Origin: Pseudomonas phage vB_Pae_SG_WM_Sew_P27 | Sequence record: PP740689.1 | Strand: one strand, 5' to 3' | Length of the DNA: 49,812 nucleotides | In this document: one piece after another, positions 14,883 to 24,418 of the stretch | Layout: each line of letters starts with the position of its first letter | Position numbering within the stretch: position 1 is the first letter of the stretch | The notes under the pieces: generated by a model | What the model was told of the DNA's origin: nothing | Seen by the model: the letters and a program-made list of their open reading frames with translations, nothing else | The model's database searches: none | Translations under genes and position numbers: made by a program

Positions 14883-14904
14883 CCCCGCCATCGCGGGGCT
14901 TTTT
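14882..14904 (+). terminator. rho-independent terminator after hicA (GCCCCGC-catc-GCGGGGC + TTTTT)
   Basis: Read directly. Overlaps the 3' end of the convergent spanin gene. Confidence 0.6.
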
Positions 14905-15271
14905 ACAATCCCAGTTCCCGATCAATCACCTGTTCAGTCGCACCACACTGCTCGCCGGCGGTGCGATCACGCAGCAGACGGTTGGCGGCGGAATACCGCT
15001 CGGCGGCCTGCTGTCGTCCCTGCTCCACCGCCTGGGCTGCATCCCGGGCCCGCTGTTCGCCGGCCAGGCGCAGCTCGGCAACCTGCCGGACCTGCTCCGC
15101 CACTGCGGACTCCAACTCTCCCCGGGCGGCACGGCAGGCAGCCAGATCCGCGCTCGCGGCATCCAACTGCGGCCGGTAGTGCCGCGCGCCGAGCCAGACA
15201 CCGCCGGCGGCGCCGAGGCCGACCAGCACCAGGCAGGCCAGCGCGATCGAGACAACACGGGCCGAGATCAC
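14903..15271 (-). CDS. Rz-like i-spanin
   Basis: GTG start overlaps the endolysin stop (GTGA). N-terminal TM segment VISARVVSIALACLVLVGLGAAGGVWLG followed by a coiled-coil periplasmic domain. Immediately downstream of the endolysin. Confidence 0.65.
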   Translation of the reverse strand: MISARVVSIALACLVLVGLGAAGGVWLGARHYRPQLDAASADLAACRAARGELESAVAEQVRQVAELRLAGEQRARDAAQAVEQGRQQAAERYSAANRLLRDRTAGEQCGATEQVIDRELGL

Positions 15272-15897
15272 GACAGCACCCTCTTCGCCCGCTCCCACAG
15301 CGCCAGGCGCTCCGCCTGGCCGTTCGTGCCGCCGTTGATGCGCCGAGTGATGGCGGCGAACTCGCCGCGGTCGGCCAGGTCGTTCAAGCCGTGACTGGCC
15401 CACCACCAGGCCGCCGATAGCGCAGCGAACTCTGGCTGCTCGAGCAGTTCCGGCTCCGCTTCCAGCGGCTGGCCCAGCCCGGCGCCGGCAGCGCGGTAGT
15501 TCGACCGGCCGGTGATCTGCAGCAGCCCGCGCCCGCGGAAGCGCCAGCCGTCGCCCGATGCCTCGTCGCCATTGCCGTTGCGCGAGGCGTAGGCGTTGTT
15601 GGCGATGGCTCGGGGGTTGCGCGCCAGGCGCTGCGCCAGGGCGTTGGGCTGGCCGTCGGCGCCGAGGTACCGGCTCGGCCAGGTCGCAGCCAGGCCACGG
15701 GCACTGTAGTTGAGGTTCTCCACCAAGCGGGTCAACTGGCCGCTTTCGTGGCCGACCTGGGCGAGGAACGTCGCCGCGCGCACAGGCGACGTGATACCGA
15801 AGCGCGTCATCCCGCGGTTCAGCGCACCAACAAAAACGCCGGCCCTCGAGCCGGCGTTCGGGAGGATATGCAGCAACTGCTGCTCAGTGATGGGCAT
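15268..15897 (-). CDS. glycoside hydrolase family 19 endolysin
   Basis: FLAQVGHESG and GRGLLQITGRSNY motifs of GH19 (chitinase class I-like) lysozymes. ATG 15897 with GGAGCGG RBS. No N-terminal TM, so a holin is required. Confidence 0.9.
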   Translation of the reverse strand: MPITEQQLLHILPNAGSRAGVFVGALNRGMTRFGITSPVRAATFLAQVGHESGQLTRLVENLNYSARGLAATWPSRYLGADGQPNALAQRLARNPRAIANNAYASRNGNGDEASGDGWRFRGRGLLQITGRSNYRAAGAGLGQPLEAEPELLEQPEFAALSAAWWWASHGLNDLADRGEFAAITRRINGGTNGQAERLALWERAKRVLS

Positions 15898-15990
15898 GTT
15901 CCGCTCCAATTGGGTATGATCTGCGCCGCCCTCGATGTGGCCACAGCACTAACAAACCTTCCCTCATCAGGGAACGAACAGGAAGGCATA

Positions 15991-17472
15991 ATGATCTTCA
16001 GTTCCGCTGCTTTCATACTGGCCTACTTGCCAATAGTGTTCTTTGTTTATTTTGGACTAAACAAGCTAAGGATGATCTCATTGGGGAAAATATGGCTAGT
16101 ATTAGCCAGTGTTTTCTTCTATGGATACTGGAGCGTTGACTATATACCACTCCTGATAGGGTCAATTTTATTCAACTTTGCAGTAGGGTGCGCGATCTCC
16201 CCGACCTCAAAGAATTTATCCATTGGTGGATACAGAAAAACAATACTAGCATTAAGCATTACTGCGAATCTGGCTCTGCTTGGATACTTTAAATATGCGA
16301 ACTTTTTTATTGAGAACCTGAATGCTGCGGCCGGATCAGAATTTGCGCTACATGAAATAATCTTGCCTCTTGGTATTAGCTTCTACACATTCACTCAAAT
16401 TGCATTCTTGGTGGATAGCTACAGAGGCGAAGCAAAAGAATACGACCTAATAAATTACGCTTTATTCGTTACATTCTTCCCGCATCTAATTGCCGGCCCA
16501 ATACTCCACCACAAGGAAATGATGGGTCAATTCAAGTCGAAATGGACATGGGCAGTACGCTATAGAAATATTCTTACTGGACTGTTTATATTCAGCATCG
16601 GTCTATTCAAGAAAGTTATGATCGCTGACACATTCTCTGTATGGGCAGATGCAGGATTTTCGAGCGGTGCCAATCATGATTTTTTCAGCTCATGGGCGAC
16701 AAGCCTTTCATACACGTTCCAACTATATTTTGACTTTAGCGGTTACTGCGACATGGCCATCGGCGCGGCCCTTCTCTTTAACATATGGCTCCCAATAAAT
16801 TTCAACTCCCCCTACAAGGCGCTTGATATTCAAGATTTCTGGCGGCGCTGGCACATGACCCTAAGCCGCTATCTGCGAGACTACCTTTACATCCCGTTAG
16901 GTGGAAACCGCTGTTCTTCCGCCAGAGTTTACTTCAACCTAATGGCAACGTTTGTTCTTGGTGGCCTATGGCATGGAGCAAGCTGGATGTTTGTGATATG
17001 GGGGGCGCTGCATGGTGGAGCGCTTGTCATCCACAGAATGTGGAAAAATCTCGGCATGTCTATGCCAAGACCTTTGGCTTGGGTTGTGACATTTCTATTC
17101 GTAAATATAACCTGGGTATTTTTCCGAGCCACATCCATGCAGGAAGCCATGTCAATCCTTGGAGGGATGATTGATGTTAGATCTATCTCATCGGAAAGCC
17201 TGGCTGAAATACCGACAAGCGATCTTGCATGGGCAGGGGTAATTTCCGACAAGCTTTTACAATTTCTGCCAATCGGTGTTGTTGCGAACTCGCTGTGCTA
17301 TGGAATGATTGCAGCAGCATTTTTGATAATTTCACAGAAAAACTCATTCGAGCTTTCAACGACCGGAAGGATCGGAAATTTAAAAGCAATATACATGTCA
17401 ATACTATTCTGCTTGGCAATGTACTCTACACTACAATCAACAAGCACCGTATTCCTATATTTCAATTTCTAA
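15991..17472 (+). CDS. MBOAT-family membrane O-acyltransferase (AlgI/DltB-like)
   Basis: Multi-TM protein with FYTFTQIAFLVDSYRG, FPHLIAGPILHHKE and LWHGASW (MBOAT His). RBS AGGAAGG. Strikingly AT-rich relative to the phage. Confidence 0.85.
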   Translation: MIFSSAAFILAYLPIVFFVYFGLNKLRMISLGKIWLVLASVFFYGYWSVDYIPLLIGSILFNFAVGCAISPTSKNLSIGGYRKTILALSITANLALLGYFKYANFFIENLNAAAGSEFALHEIILPLGISFYTFTQIAFLVDSYRGEAKEYDLINYALFVTFFPHLIAGPILHHKEMMGQFKSKWTWAVRYRNILTGLFIFSIGLFKKVMIADTFSVWADAGFSSGANHDFFSSWATSLSYTFQLYFDFSGYCDMAIGAALLFNIWLPINFNSPYKALDIQDFWRRWHMTLSRYLRDYLYIPLGGNRCSSARVYFNLMATFVLGGLWHGASWMFVIWGALHGGALVIHRMWKNLGMSMPRPLAWVVTFLFVNITWVFFRATSMQEAMSILGGMIDVRSISSESLAEIPTSDLAWAGVISDKLLQFLPIGVVANSLCYGMIAAAFLIISQKNSFELSTTGRIGNLKAIYMSILFCLAMYSTLQSTSTVFLYFNF

Positions 17473-17483
17473 GGATTATAGAA

Positions 17484-18602
17484 GTGAAAGGGAAAATATA
17501 TTCATTCATATTCATTTCTATCGCTGTTCTAGGAATAGCTCCTGCCGTAAACATTGAGCAAGCGATTAGCTCAAACAAACCCCTTCCAGAAACTATAGGA
17601 GGGTGGAAGGACCTTTCCTACAACATGGATTTTACACTACCCTACATCGGGATGATTTTCTACAAGCTAGGAATATCCATTAGTCCTGAAAAGGTTATTA
17701 TTGGAAGAGACGGATGGATGTTCCTCGGCGATTTCTTCGAAAACTCTGTAACCGCAAAACGAGTCGGAGTCACGGACTCCGACACTGCAAAAACAGATAT
17801 TATCAAAAACGTTTCTAACGGATGGCGTGAATGGTTTTCGTCAAATGGCGTTAGGGGCTACTATGTTTTAATTGGCCCTGACAAGTCCACGATATACCCC
17901 GAGAACCTTCCTGACTGGGCTGCACCTTCCGGTACAAGCATTGCCCAGCACATATACAGAAAATCTCCAGATATTTTTGTATATCCAAAAAATGAACTTA
18001 TTAATATAAAATCTAGATCCACCGCACCTTTATACTACAAGACAGACACTCACTGGAATACACTAGGAGCTTGGGTTTCTTTTTATGCACTGGCGAAGCG
18101 TATAAAATCTAACTCCCCAGATATATCTATACCTGAAGAACCAAAACCAGAGGCTGTGATTATAAGGAAACGGGGAGGCGGCGACCTTTCTGCATTCCAA
18201 AGGATACGTCCGTACATCACGGATGCAGAGGTGGATCTGTCGGACAGTTCCATACGTAAAATCCATGTTAGCCAAATAGACTTCGAAAGCATGGAGAAAG
18301 TCTACTCGGGAGACAATGTTCAAGTTACAGCTCCCGTTAAGCCACTATTGGTCCGATCAGAGGGCGCGCTTAACAACAAGCGTGTTCTGTGGCTTCGAGA
18401 CTCTTTCGGATCTGCTATATCCCCCTTTATGGCCGCCACGTTCTCAGAAACCCTACAACTGCATCATCAGCGTTCTAGCCATAAAGTAATTGCCGATCTG
18501 GTTGATAGGTACAGACCGGATATCGTAATAGTGACTATCGTAGAAAGAAACACAAGGATAGGAATCCTTGTGTCCCCATCTCCGAAACTGTCAGGTAAAT
18601 GA
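17484..18602 (+). CDS. AlgJ/AlgX-like SGNH-type O-acetyltransferase partner (signal-anchored)
   Basis: GTG start 12 nt after the MBOAT stop with AAGGA RBS. N-terminal anchor IYSFIFISIAVLGIAPA. The TDTHWN motif is characteristic of the AlgJ/AlgX/PatB families. Same low GC as its neighbour. Confidence 0.75.
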   Translation: MKGKIYSFIFISIAVLGIAPAVNIEQAISSNKPLPETIGGWKDLSYNMDFTLPYIGMIFYKLGISISPEKVIIGRDGWMFLGDFFENSVTAKRVGVTDSDTAKTDIIKNVSNGWREWFSSNGVRGYYVLIGPDKSTIYPENLPDWAAPSGTSIAQHIYRKSPDIFVYPKNELINIKSRSTAPLYYKTDTHWNTLGAWVSFYALAKRIKSNSPDISIPEEPKPEAVIIRKRGGGDLSAFQRIRPYITDAEVDLSDSSIRKIHVSQIDFESMEKVYSGDNVQVTAPVKPLLVRSEGALNNKRVLWLRDSFGSAISPFMAATFSETLQLHHQRSSHKVIADLVDRYRPDIVIVTIVERNTRIGILVSPSPKLSGK

Positions 18603-20753
18603 CCAAGTGCCTGATAGCACTCTGCCAACCCATTTCGTAGACGTTAACGGCTCAAACTCTATGAGAGAACCTACCTCAGTAGAGGTCGCCACTGCACTGG
18701 TCCTTGACCCGGAGGCACCGATCAGGAAGTTTGTTCCAGAGGTGGTTGCAATCGTCAGAGCATTTGCGCCGGACTTTAGAATGCGTATTGGCGCAGCCCC
18801 TGGGATCGGGGTTGGCAAGGTCTGCGTACCTGCAACAGTCACATTGTACGTGCGCCCAGCGTTATAAGGCGACAGGGTGGTTCCAGCAGTAGCAAGAGTT
18901 ATGAACCTGCTATCGCAGTTTGACATCCCAACCCTAGTAGAGGCGCTATAGTATTTACTATTGGAATTATCCTGTTCGAATGAGTAGTTAACTCTCCCAC
19001 TCAGCATCGAGCTATCTGCCGATATCCTATATGAGTAACCAGTGACGCCGGCTTTATGAATGTCAGGCCCGATGTCTAAAGATACAATTGCAACCGGAGC
19101 GACGTCTACAGAGTGGTCGGCATTGCTGTACTCATTCCCGCCACCGCGAACAACTCCACCGGTTATGGTTAGGCCGCCCTGGCAAGAAACCCGGTTATTC
19201 GACCACTCAACAGCAGACGGATTCGCCCCACCAATGGTTCCAAGTTTTGAGGAAAGTCCGGCAAAGGCGTTACAGGAAATCCTGCCAGTACTACCAATAA
19301 CCCTAAACCATTCCTGTGAAGGCTGGCTTCCAGTGCTAGGAGTGTGCTGACAACCATCGATAATCAGCCCCTCGACATTATCTATATCATGGCAGCGCTC
19401 GGGGGATGTATTGATGGGGTTAAAGTAGCTCGCAATAATGTTGAGGCTGTGCCTTGTGCGATTTCCAGCATGCAGAACCATGGACTTCGCGAAGTCGTAA
19501 AATGTGCAATTCAGAAAAGTCACACCCCAGCCGCCGAATGAAAGCCCTGGAACGTTTATCGTCCCATCAGAGTAGAACCCATATTGAGCCCCATCGAAAA
19601 CGACGTCCTCGCATCTGATGAATTCATCAAACGTCGCCCGTATACAGCTTCTCGCGGTGGTGAGACGACTGGCAAGAAATCCACCATAACAGCCAACCCG
19701 CACCCTTTGCAGAGTAAGGCCGGGAGAAGAGGTGGTTTCTATGATATCGCCGGTGAATTGGCTGTCATCATACACAACATCAATGTTGTTGAATGTTAGA
19801 TTCCTGCCGCCATTCCCATAGTGCCTGAAGAAGAAGCCAGAGCTTGTACCTCTCACTACCAGAGTAGTAGCCGCCTTCATCGCCTGGTTCTTGCCACGGA
19901 ACCCCTGGCCAACGATGGTCAGGCCGAGGTCCTGGGTAATATCGAAACTATCAGGCTGGAGTGCAAAGACCCCGTTACCGAAGTTCAGTCGCCCGGATGC
20001 ATACGCTGTGACAGTGGGACCGCCGATGTACTGCACGATCGTCTCCGGGTCGTGCCGGAGTGCGATGATTGCAGCCCACACCGCAGCAGTAGTTCCCGCA
20101 GCATCAGAACCATCATTGCGAGCGCCGAACCATTCGGCCCACACGCCGTGCGTTATATCGCGCTTCCAGCGGCCGGTGGTGATACCGGTTGCCTGGATGA
20201 TCGAGCCGCCGTTATCGTCCTCTGTCGAGGTTGAATCCCAGTGGAACTCTCCGCCGCCGACCCCCGGAGTTTCCGCGTAGTATCCGACAACCAGCGCGGC
20301 ATCCCCGGCGAATCGCCCTGCGATGGCCCGGAGGTCAGCAACCGAGTCAACCCGGCGTACGCCGCGACCGATTTCTTGCGGGAACCCTTGGTCTACTTGG
20401 ATAACAAGCAGGCTCTGGTCCGTCGCCCAGTTCCCGGTCAGATTGACGGGGAACGATGCAGGACGCTTGACGCTGTAGAGGTTTCCGTCGCGCTGGATCA
20501 GTTGGGTCGGACGGTCTACGGTCAGCGGTGAGCCGTCGACGTACTCCAGGACTCCGGGTTCGAAGCCTTGGGCGTCCAGCCAGCCGTTGAACTGTTCCTC
20601 ATACCCTTTCATCGTTGGGCGACTAACGCCGAAACGATCATTCCACGTAGTGTTTACCCGGTCATTCATCGCCGCATCGAAGTTCTCGGCGTTGTCATAC
20701 AGATCACGCGGGTCTTTTGAGCCCAGCGGGTTACCGGTGGCGTAGGTCGTCAT
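18591..20753 (-). CDS. tailspike/tail fibre with pectate-lyase-superfamily beta-helix (polysaccharide depolymerase-like)
   Basis: VWAEWFGARNDGSDAAGTTAAVWAAI (Pectate_lyase_3-type motif) and repetitive Gly/Asn-rich beta-helix-like sequence. Last structural gene before the lysis genes. Confidence 0.8.
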   Translation of the reverse strand: MTTYATGNPLGSKDPRDLYDNAENFDAAMNDRVNTTWNDRFGVSRPTMKGYEEQFNGWLDAQGFEPGVLEYVDGSPLTVDRPTQLIQRDGNLYSVKRPASFPVNLTGNWATDQSLLVIQVDQGFPQEIGRGVRRVDSVADLRAIAGRFAGDAALVVGYYAETPGVGGGEFHWDSTSTEDDNGGSIIQATGITTGRWKRDITHGVWAEWFGARNDGSDAAGTTAAVWAAIIALRHDPETIVQYIGGPTVTAYASGRLNFGNGVFALQPDSFDITQDLGLTIVGQGFRGKNQAMKAATTLVVRGTSSGFFFRHYGNGGRNLTFNNIDVVYDDSQFTGDIIETTSSPGLTLQRVRVGCYGGFLASRLTTARSCIRATFDEFIRCEDVVFDGAQYGFYSDGTINVPGLSFGGWGVTFLNCTFYDFAKSMVLHAGNRTRHSLNIIASYFNPINTSPERCHDIDNVEGLIIDGCQHTPSTGSQPSQEWFRVIGSTGRISCNAFAGLSSKLGTIGGANPSAVEWSNNRVSCQGGLTITGGVVRGGGNEYSNADHSVDVAPVAIVSLDIGPDIHKAGVTGYSYRISADSSMLSGRVNYSFEQDNSNSKYYSASTRVGMSNCDSRFITLATAGTTLSPYNAGRTYNVTVAGTQTLPTPIPGAAPIRILKSGANALTIATTSGTNFLIGASGSRTSAVATSTEVGSLIEFEPLTSTKWVGRVLSGTWSFT

Positions 20754-20813
20754 GCAAATTCTCCGGGCATGAAAAAGCCCGCTCTATGGCGGGCTCTGGA
20801 TTTGTATGTGCGG

Positions 20814-23543
20814 TCAGTTTGGTGCGCTGGCGTTGTCGTATGTGTAGACGCGCTCGTCGTAGTTCGTCGCGCGAACGGACGCCGCGGTATTGCCGCTGGG
20901 ATCGATGGAACTGATCAGGGCCGGGTATGGATTTCCCAGCAGCAGGTGCGGCGGTTCGATTTCCCACGAAACATCAGGGACGAAATCGATGCTGGGAATG
21001 CTCAGCCGGTAGTCGTCGATCCTCGACGCCGGATATCCACCGGAAACCGTTCCGTCTGGGCGCCGCAGGTAGAGCGCTGGCGAGTTCAGCAGTGACCAGT
21101 CGAGCGGCTCGCTGGACTCGATCAGGACCGAGTTTCCAGAGATAACGAACGATTTCAGGTATGCGCTCTGCGCCAGGCCAGGGCCGGGAACATCGCCGGC
21201 AAGGGCCACATAATCCCAGAACTCGCTGTTCAGCGCGTCTAGGCCGGTATCGAACGAATACTCAGTTCTCCGGTATCGCTGAGCCATCCGGCGGCGCATC
21301 CCGTAGCGCCAGGCGCGATCGCGGTTTGTGACACCGACAGCCGTGATCTTCTCGACCTTCCTGCCAACATCGCCGGGCAGGCGGCACTGGACGGTATCTT
21401 CGATCCAGCCGTTGGCATTGACGAACTCTACATCGACGCCGTCGTAGTCGTCCTCAGACGGCGCGCTGATGCTGATCCTCAGTGGACCATCCATGTTCTG
21501 CGGCGAATACATGTGCCCGAACGTGGTCCTAGGCTCGTCCCTGGCCGCAGAGATCACGCCGCGCTTAATGGTCTTCTCCGCATATCCGGCTGCAAGAACG
21601 TCATCCATTATCTGCGCGACCGTGACCTTGCCGTCCTCGTAGATCATGTCGAACGTGTCGCCGCGGGCCTTCCAGATTGCGTCCAGCCGATCGAGTTCCT
21701 CAAGATCGAGATCCGCATCGGTGTAGCCGCGTTCCTTCGCGATGTAGCAGAGGAATGGGACGATGTCTCGCGTTGCTATCTCGGGTGTCCATGCACCGTT
21801 CTGCCGAGTCGGTAGCATGCGGGTAGCCTCTACCGAGACGCGGCTTTCTGTCTGCGCCGCGATACGGTCAGACGACCGATATCGAACAGCCATTGTTGTG
21901 ACGCCGGCGTAGGACGACGGAGCCTGGAGGCGCGCGCGCATCCCGTACCACTGGGTGCGGTCTCGGTACTCGGATGTTGAGTTGCCGCCCTGGTTGACGA
22001 ACACTTTTCTGATGCGAAACTCGGGCCGCATCATGTACGGCAGCGAGATGCCGTCCGTAAAACCCTGCTGGTCGAGAGAACTGCCAGCATGGTTCTTACT
22101 GACCGTCGTCCATGCGCCGCCGATGGCCATGTCTCGCCACTGGATGTCGTAATAGGTGCGGATCTGGTAGATCTGCCCTTCCCTGCCTACACCGCAAAGC
22201 CCTTCCGGGCAAAATACGTCGATCTCGACGAAGTTGGTCTTCTCCGATACTGGGCACGCCGGGAAGGGACCGCGCCAGCCCCCTTCTAGGCTGGTCGGAT
22301 CAATGGTGACTCGGGACGTAGACGAATTGAGAGCGGTGAATCCTGGCCAGTCAACATCGACACCGCCCGCACTGGTCAGCCGCTCGACTGTGAGTTGCTG
22401 CGCGCTGTACGCCGTGATCCGATAGCGCAGTCCGCGCGGGCCGATTGCGGCGCTGCCGGACCCGGTCTGGAGCGCATTCGCCGGAGAACCGTTGCTGTAG
22501 TTGAGCGTCATCGACGTGGAGGTGATGTCGTTTACGATGTAGAGGCCGCCGTTGGTGCCAACAACCTCGATCTCATCGCCAACATCCAGCCCGAGCTGAG
22601 CGATATCCCCCGTCACGACGTCGCGATTCGTCCCGCCGCCATCGTTAACCGAATAGGGGTACATCGCCTCAACCCGCAGGATCGTCCCCGCAACCCAGTC
22701 AGAGGGGAACGACCCGGCTCCGGCAGAAATGATGATGTTCGTTCCGGAAAACGTGAACGTAGTTGCCGACGGGTTCGGGGTGAGATTGGAGCTCTCGGTC
22801 AGGTCCAGGCCGGCATTACCAGTTGAGCTCGCACCAACTTCCTCAACCAGGTGCCACCAGACCGATGCCGGGTGCCCGCTGACGTTCTGCCCTGGTTCGA
22901 AAATCTGGAAAGAGGCATCAGCGCCCAGTGCCAGGAACGACGTGTCACCGATTTTCGCTGCACCTTCGGCGATCTGGAACCGACCACGGCCAATGCACAA
23001 CAGCATTTCGGTCCACTGCTCACGCGGACCGGCGAAATACTTCCTGGGCGGCAGGATGTAGTCGGGATAAATCAGACGACGGCCAGCAACTTCGCGGATC
23101 GCATCGCCGAGTTTTACCTTGTTCCCGCGCGCGCTGGTTTCAGAGAGCGACGCGCCCTGCCCGGGGTTCGTCGGCATGCCGGGCAATTGAGGCATGAGCA
23201 TCCGAAAAACCGATTGCGCCCCCTTGAAAAGGGCCGCAGTAATCGTGAACGGATCAGTCCCGCGCGGGAGCTTGTAGATCCTCACAATGTCGCCGCGGTC
23301 GATGATGCGCTCGGCCCACTCACCGGGATGGATGAACTCCTCATGGGCCTTTTTCTGCTTGTCGGTGAGGTCATCGCAGAGCGCAACCTCAGCGGGGACA
23401 ACACCGATAGAGAACGGGTGGGCGTCGTGGCAGCGGTACCCGGGCGAATTCGCGGTCAGCCAGGCATGAATCGTCATCCGGCGGCCGATCGGATGCCGCT
23501 CCAGCGGTTCTCCGTCAAGGAGCGATGGGTAGATTTCGATCAC
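20814..23543 (-). CDS. tail tip / host-specificity protein (J-like)
   Basis: Size (909 aa) and position after the K-like NlpC/P60 gene and before the tailspike. The real start could be a few codons in. Confidence 0.65.
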   Translation of the reverse strand: MIEIYPSLLDGEPLERHPIGRRMTIHAWLTANSPGYRCHDAHPFSIGVVPAEVALCDDLTDKQKKAHEEFIHPGEWAERIIDRGDIVRIYKLPRGTDPFTITAALFKGAQSVFRMLMPQLPGMPTNPGQGASLSETSARGNKVKLGDAIREVAGRRLIYPDYILPPRKYFAGPREQWTEMLLCIGRGRFQIAEGAAKIGDTSFLALGADASFQIFEPGQNVSGHPASVWWHLVEEVGASSTGNAGLDLTESSNLTPNPSATTFTFSGTNIIISAGAGSFPSDWVAGTILRVEAMYPYSVNDGGGTNRDVVTGDIAQLGLDVGDEIEVVGTNGGLYIVNDITSTSMTLNYSNGSPANALQTGSGSAAIGPRGLRYRITAYSAQQLTVERLTSAGGVDVDWPGFTALNSSTSRVTIDPTSLEGGWRGPFPACPVSEKTNFVEIDVFCPEGLCGVGREGQIYQIRTYYDIQWRDMAIGGAWTTVSKNHAGSSLDQQGFTDGISLPYMMRPEFRIRKVFVNQGGNSTSEYRDRTQWYGMRARLQAPSSYAGVTTMAVRYRSSDRIAAQTESRVSVEATRMLPTRQNGAWTPEIATRDIVPFLCYIAKERGYTDADLDLEELDRLDAIWKARGDTFDMIYEDGKVTVAQIMDDVLAAGYAEKTIKRGVISAARDEPRTTFGHMYSPQNMDGPLRISISAPSEDDYDGVDVEFVNANGWIEDTVQCRLPGDVGRKVEKITAVGVTNRDRAWRYGMRRRMAQRYRRTEYSFDTGLDALNSEFWDYVALAGDVPGPGLAQSAYLKSFVISGNSVLIESSEPLDWSLLNSPALYLRRPDGTVSGGYPASRIDDYRLSIPSIDFVPDVSWEIEPPHLLLGNPYPALISSIDPSGNTAASVRATNYDERVYTYDNASAPN

Positions 23544-23922
23544 GATAGAAGGTCACTCTAGAGTATTGGTCGGAGAACTTCTGGAGCGGGGTGAGTGAAA
23601 CCCCGCTTCCCGGGTTGATTTCGAGAACCTGGAGGCGTCCATCCGCTTCGACCAGCAGACCTACGTGATCGAGCAGCCGCCCTCTGTAGGCCGCGGCGAT
23701 GACCCCAGGTCCTGGCTCGCATTGCTCGAGCGCGCGCTGGATCTCCGTATCGCACGCCCTTTGCATCGAAACCGGGGTGTGCCGCGTGACACCGCCGAAT
23801 TCGGCCAGCATCGGCAGCCCGAACAACTCAACTCGCGCGATGAGCGTCAGGCCCCAGCAGTCAAGGCACGGCAGGGACCGGCCGCCCTCGGTATAGATGG
23901 CGGTGAGGTATCTGTTCGGCAT
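23515..23922 (-). CDS. NlpC/P60-family tail assembly protein (lambda K-like)
   Basis: LPCLDCWGL (catalytic Cys) and HVGLLV (His) motifs. Sits between the L-like and J-like genes. Confidence 0.6.
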   Translation of the reverse strand: MPNRYLTAIYTEGGRSLPCLDCWGLTLIARVELFGLPMLAEFGGVTRHTPVSMQRACDTEIQRALEQCEPGPGVIAAAYRGRLLDHVGLLVEADGRLQVLEINPGSGVSLTPLQKFSDQYSRVTFYRDRNLPIAP

Positions 23923-23926
23923 GGGA

Positions 23927-24418
23927 TCAGGGCCAGTATTTGAGGCCAGGGAATTCGCTGACGTTGTAGATGCGGCGCAGCGCGGCAGTGTTGATGAGGT
24001 CGTAGTAGCCGGCCTCCACCTGGACAGTGAGACCTTCGAAACTCGACGTCTTGACCCTCATTCGGTACGGACGCTCAGCAGGTGCTGTGAGATCGCTCTC
24101 TAGGTACATCCGCAGGATCAGGGTGACATACTCGCCCGCCTCCATGGCTTCATTGATACGCTGCTGGGCGAATCCGGTCACGTTGTCGATTGCAAATCCA
24201 ACGTTCTGGTTTCCGCTGTTGTCTCGCTTCGGAATCGATACGTCGATCGCACCGGCGATGAACGTCAGCAGCCGCCCGTCTTCGGTCATGCAGGTGATGT
24301 CGTCATAGCCCTGACAGATCAGGATAGGCTCGGGCCACGCCGGGCATGACAACTCGATCGTGGCGAGCTGCAGGTCCTCACCGCCTGAGGCATAGAACCG
24401 CTCAAGAGCCGTCGCCAT
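23927..24418 (-). CDS. minor tail protein (L-like, positional)
   Basis: ORF track. Gene order is TMP-M-L-K-J. Confidence 0.45.
   Translation of the reverse strand: MATALERFYASGGEDLQLATIELSCPAWPEPILICQGYDDITCMTEDGRLLTFIAGAIDVSIPKRDNSGNQNVGFAIDNVTGFAQQRINEAMEAGEYVTLILRMYLESDLTAPAERPYRMRVKTSSFEGLTVQVEAGYYDLINTAALRRIYNVSEFPGLKYWP

Noticed and set aside
14926-15258. Proline-rich alternative-frame ORF inside the i-spanin gene (possible embedded Rz1)
   Set aside because: It has no hydrophobic signal peptide and no acceptable lipobox before any Cys (LPSC has Pro at -2 and no h-region).
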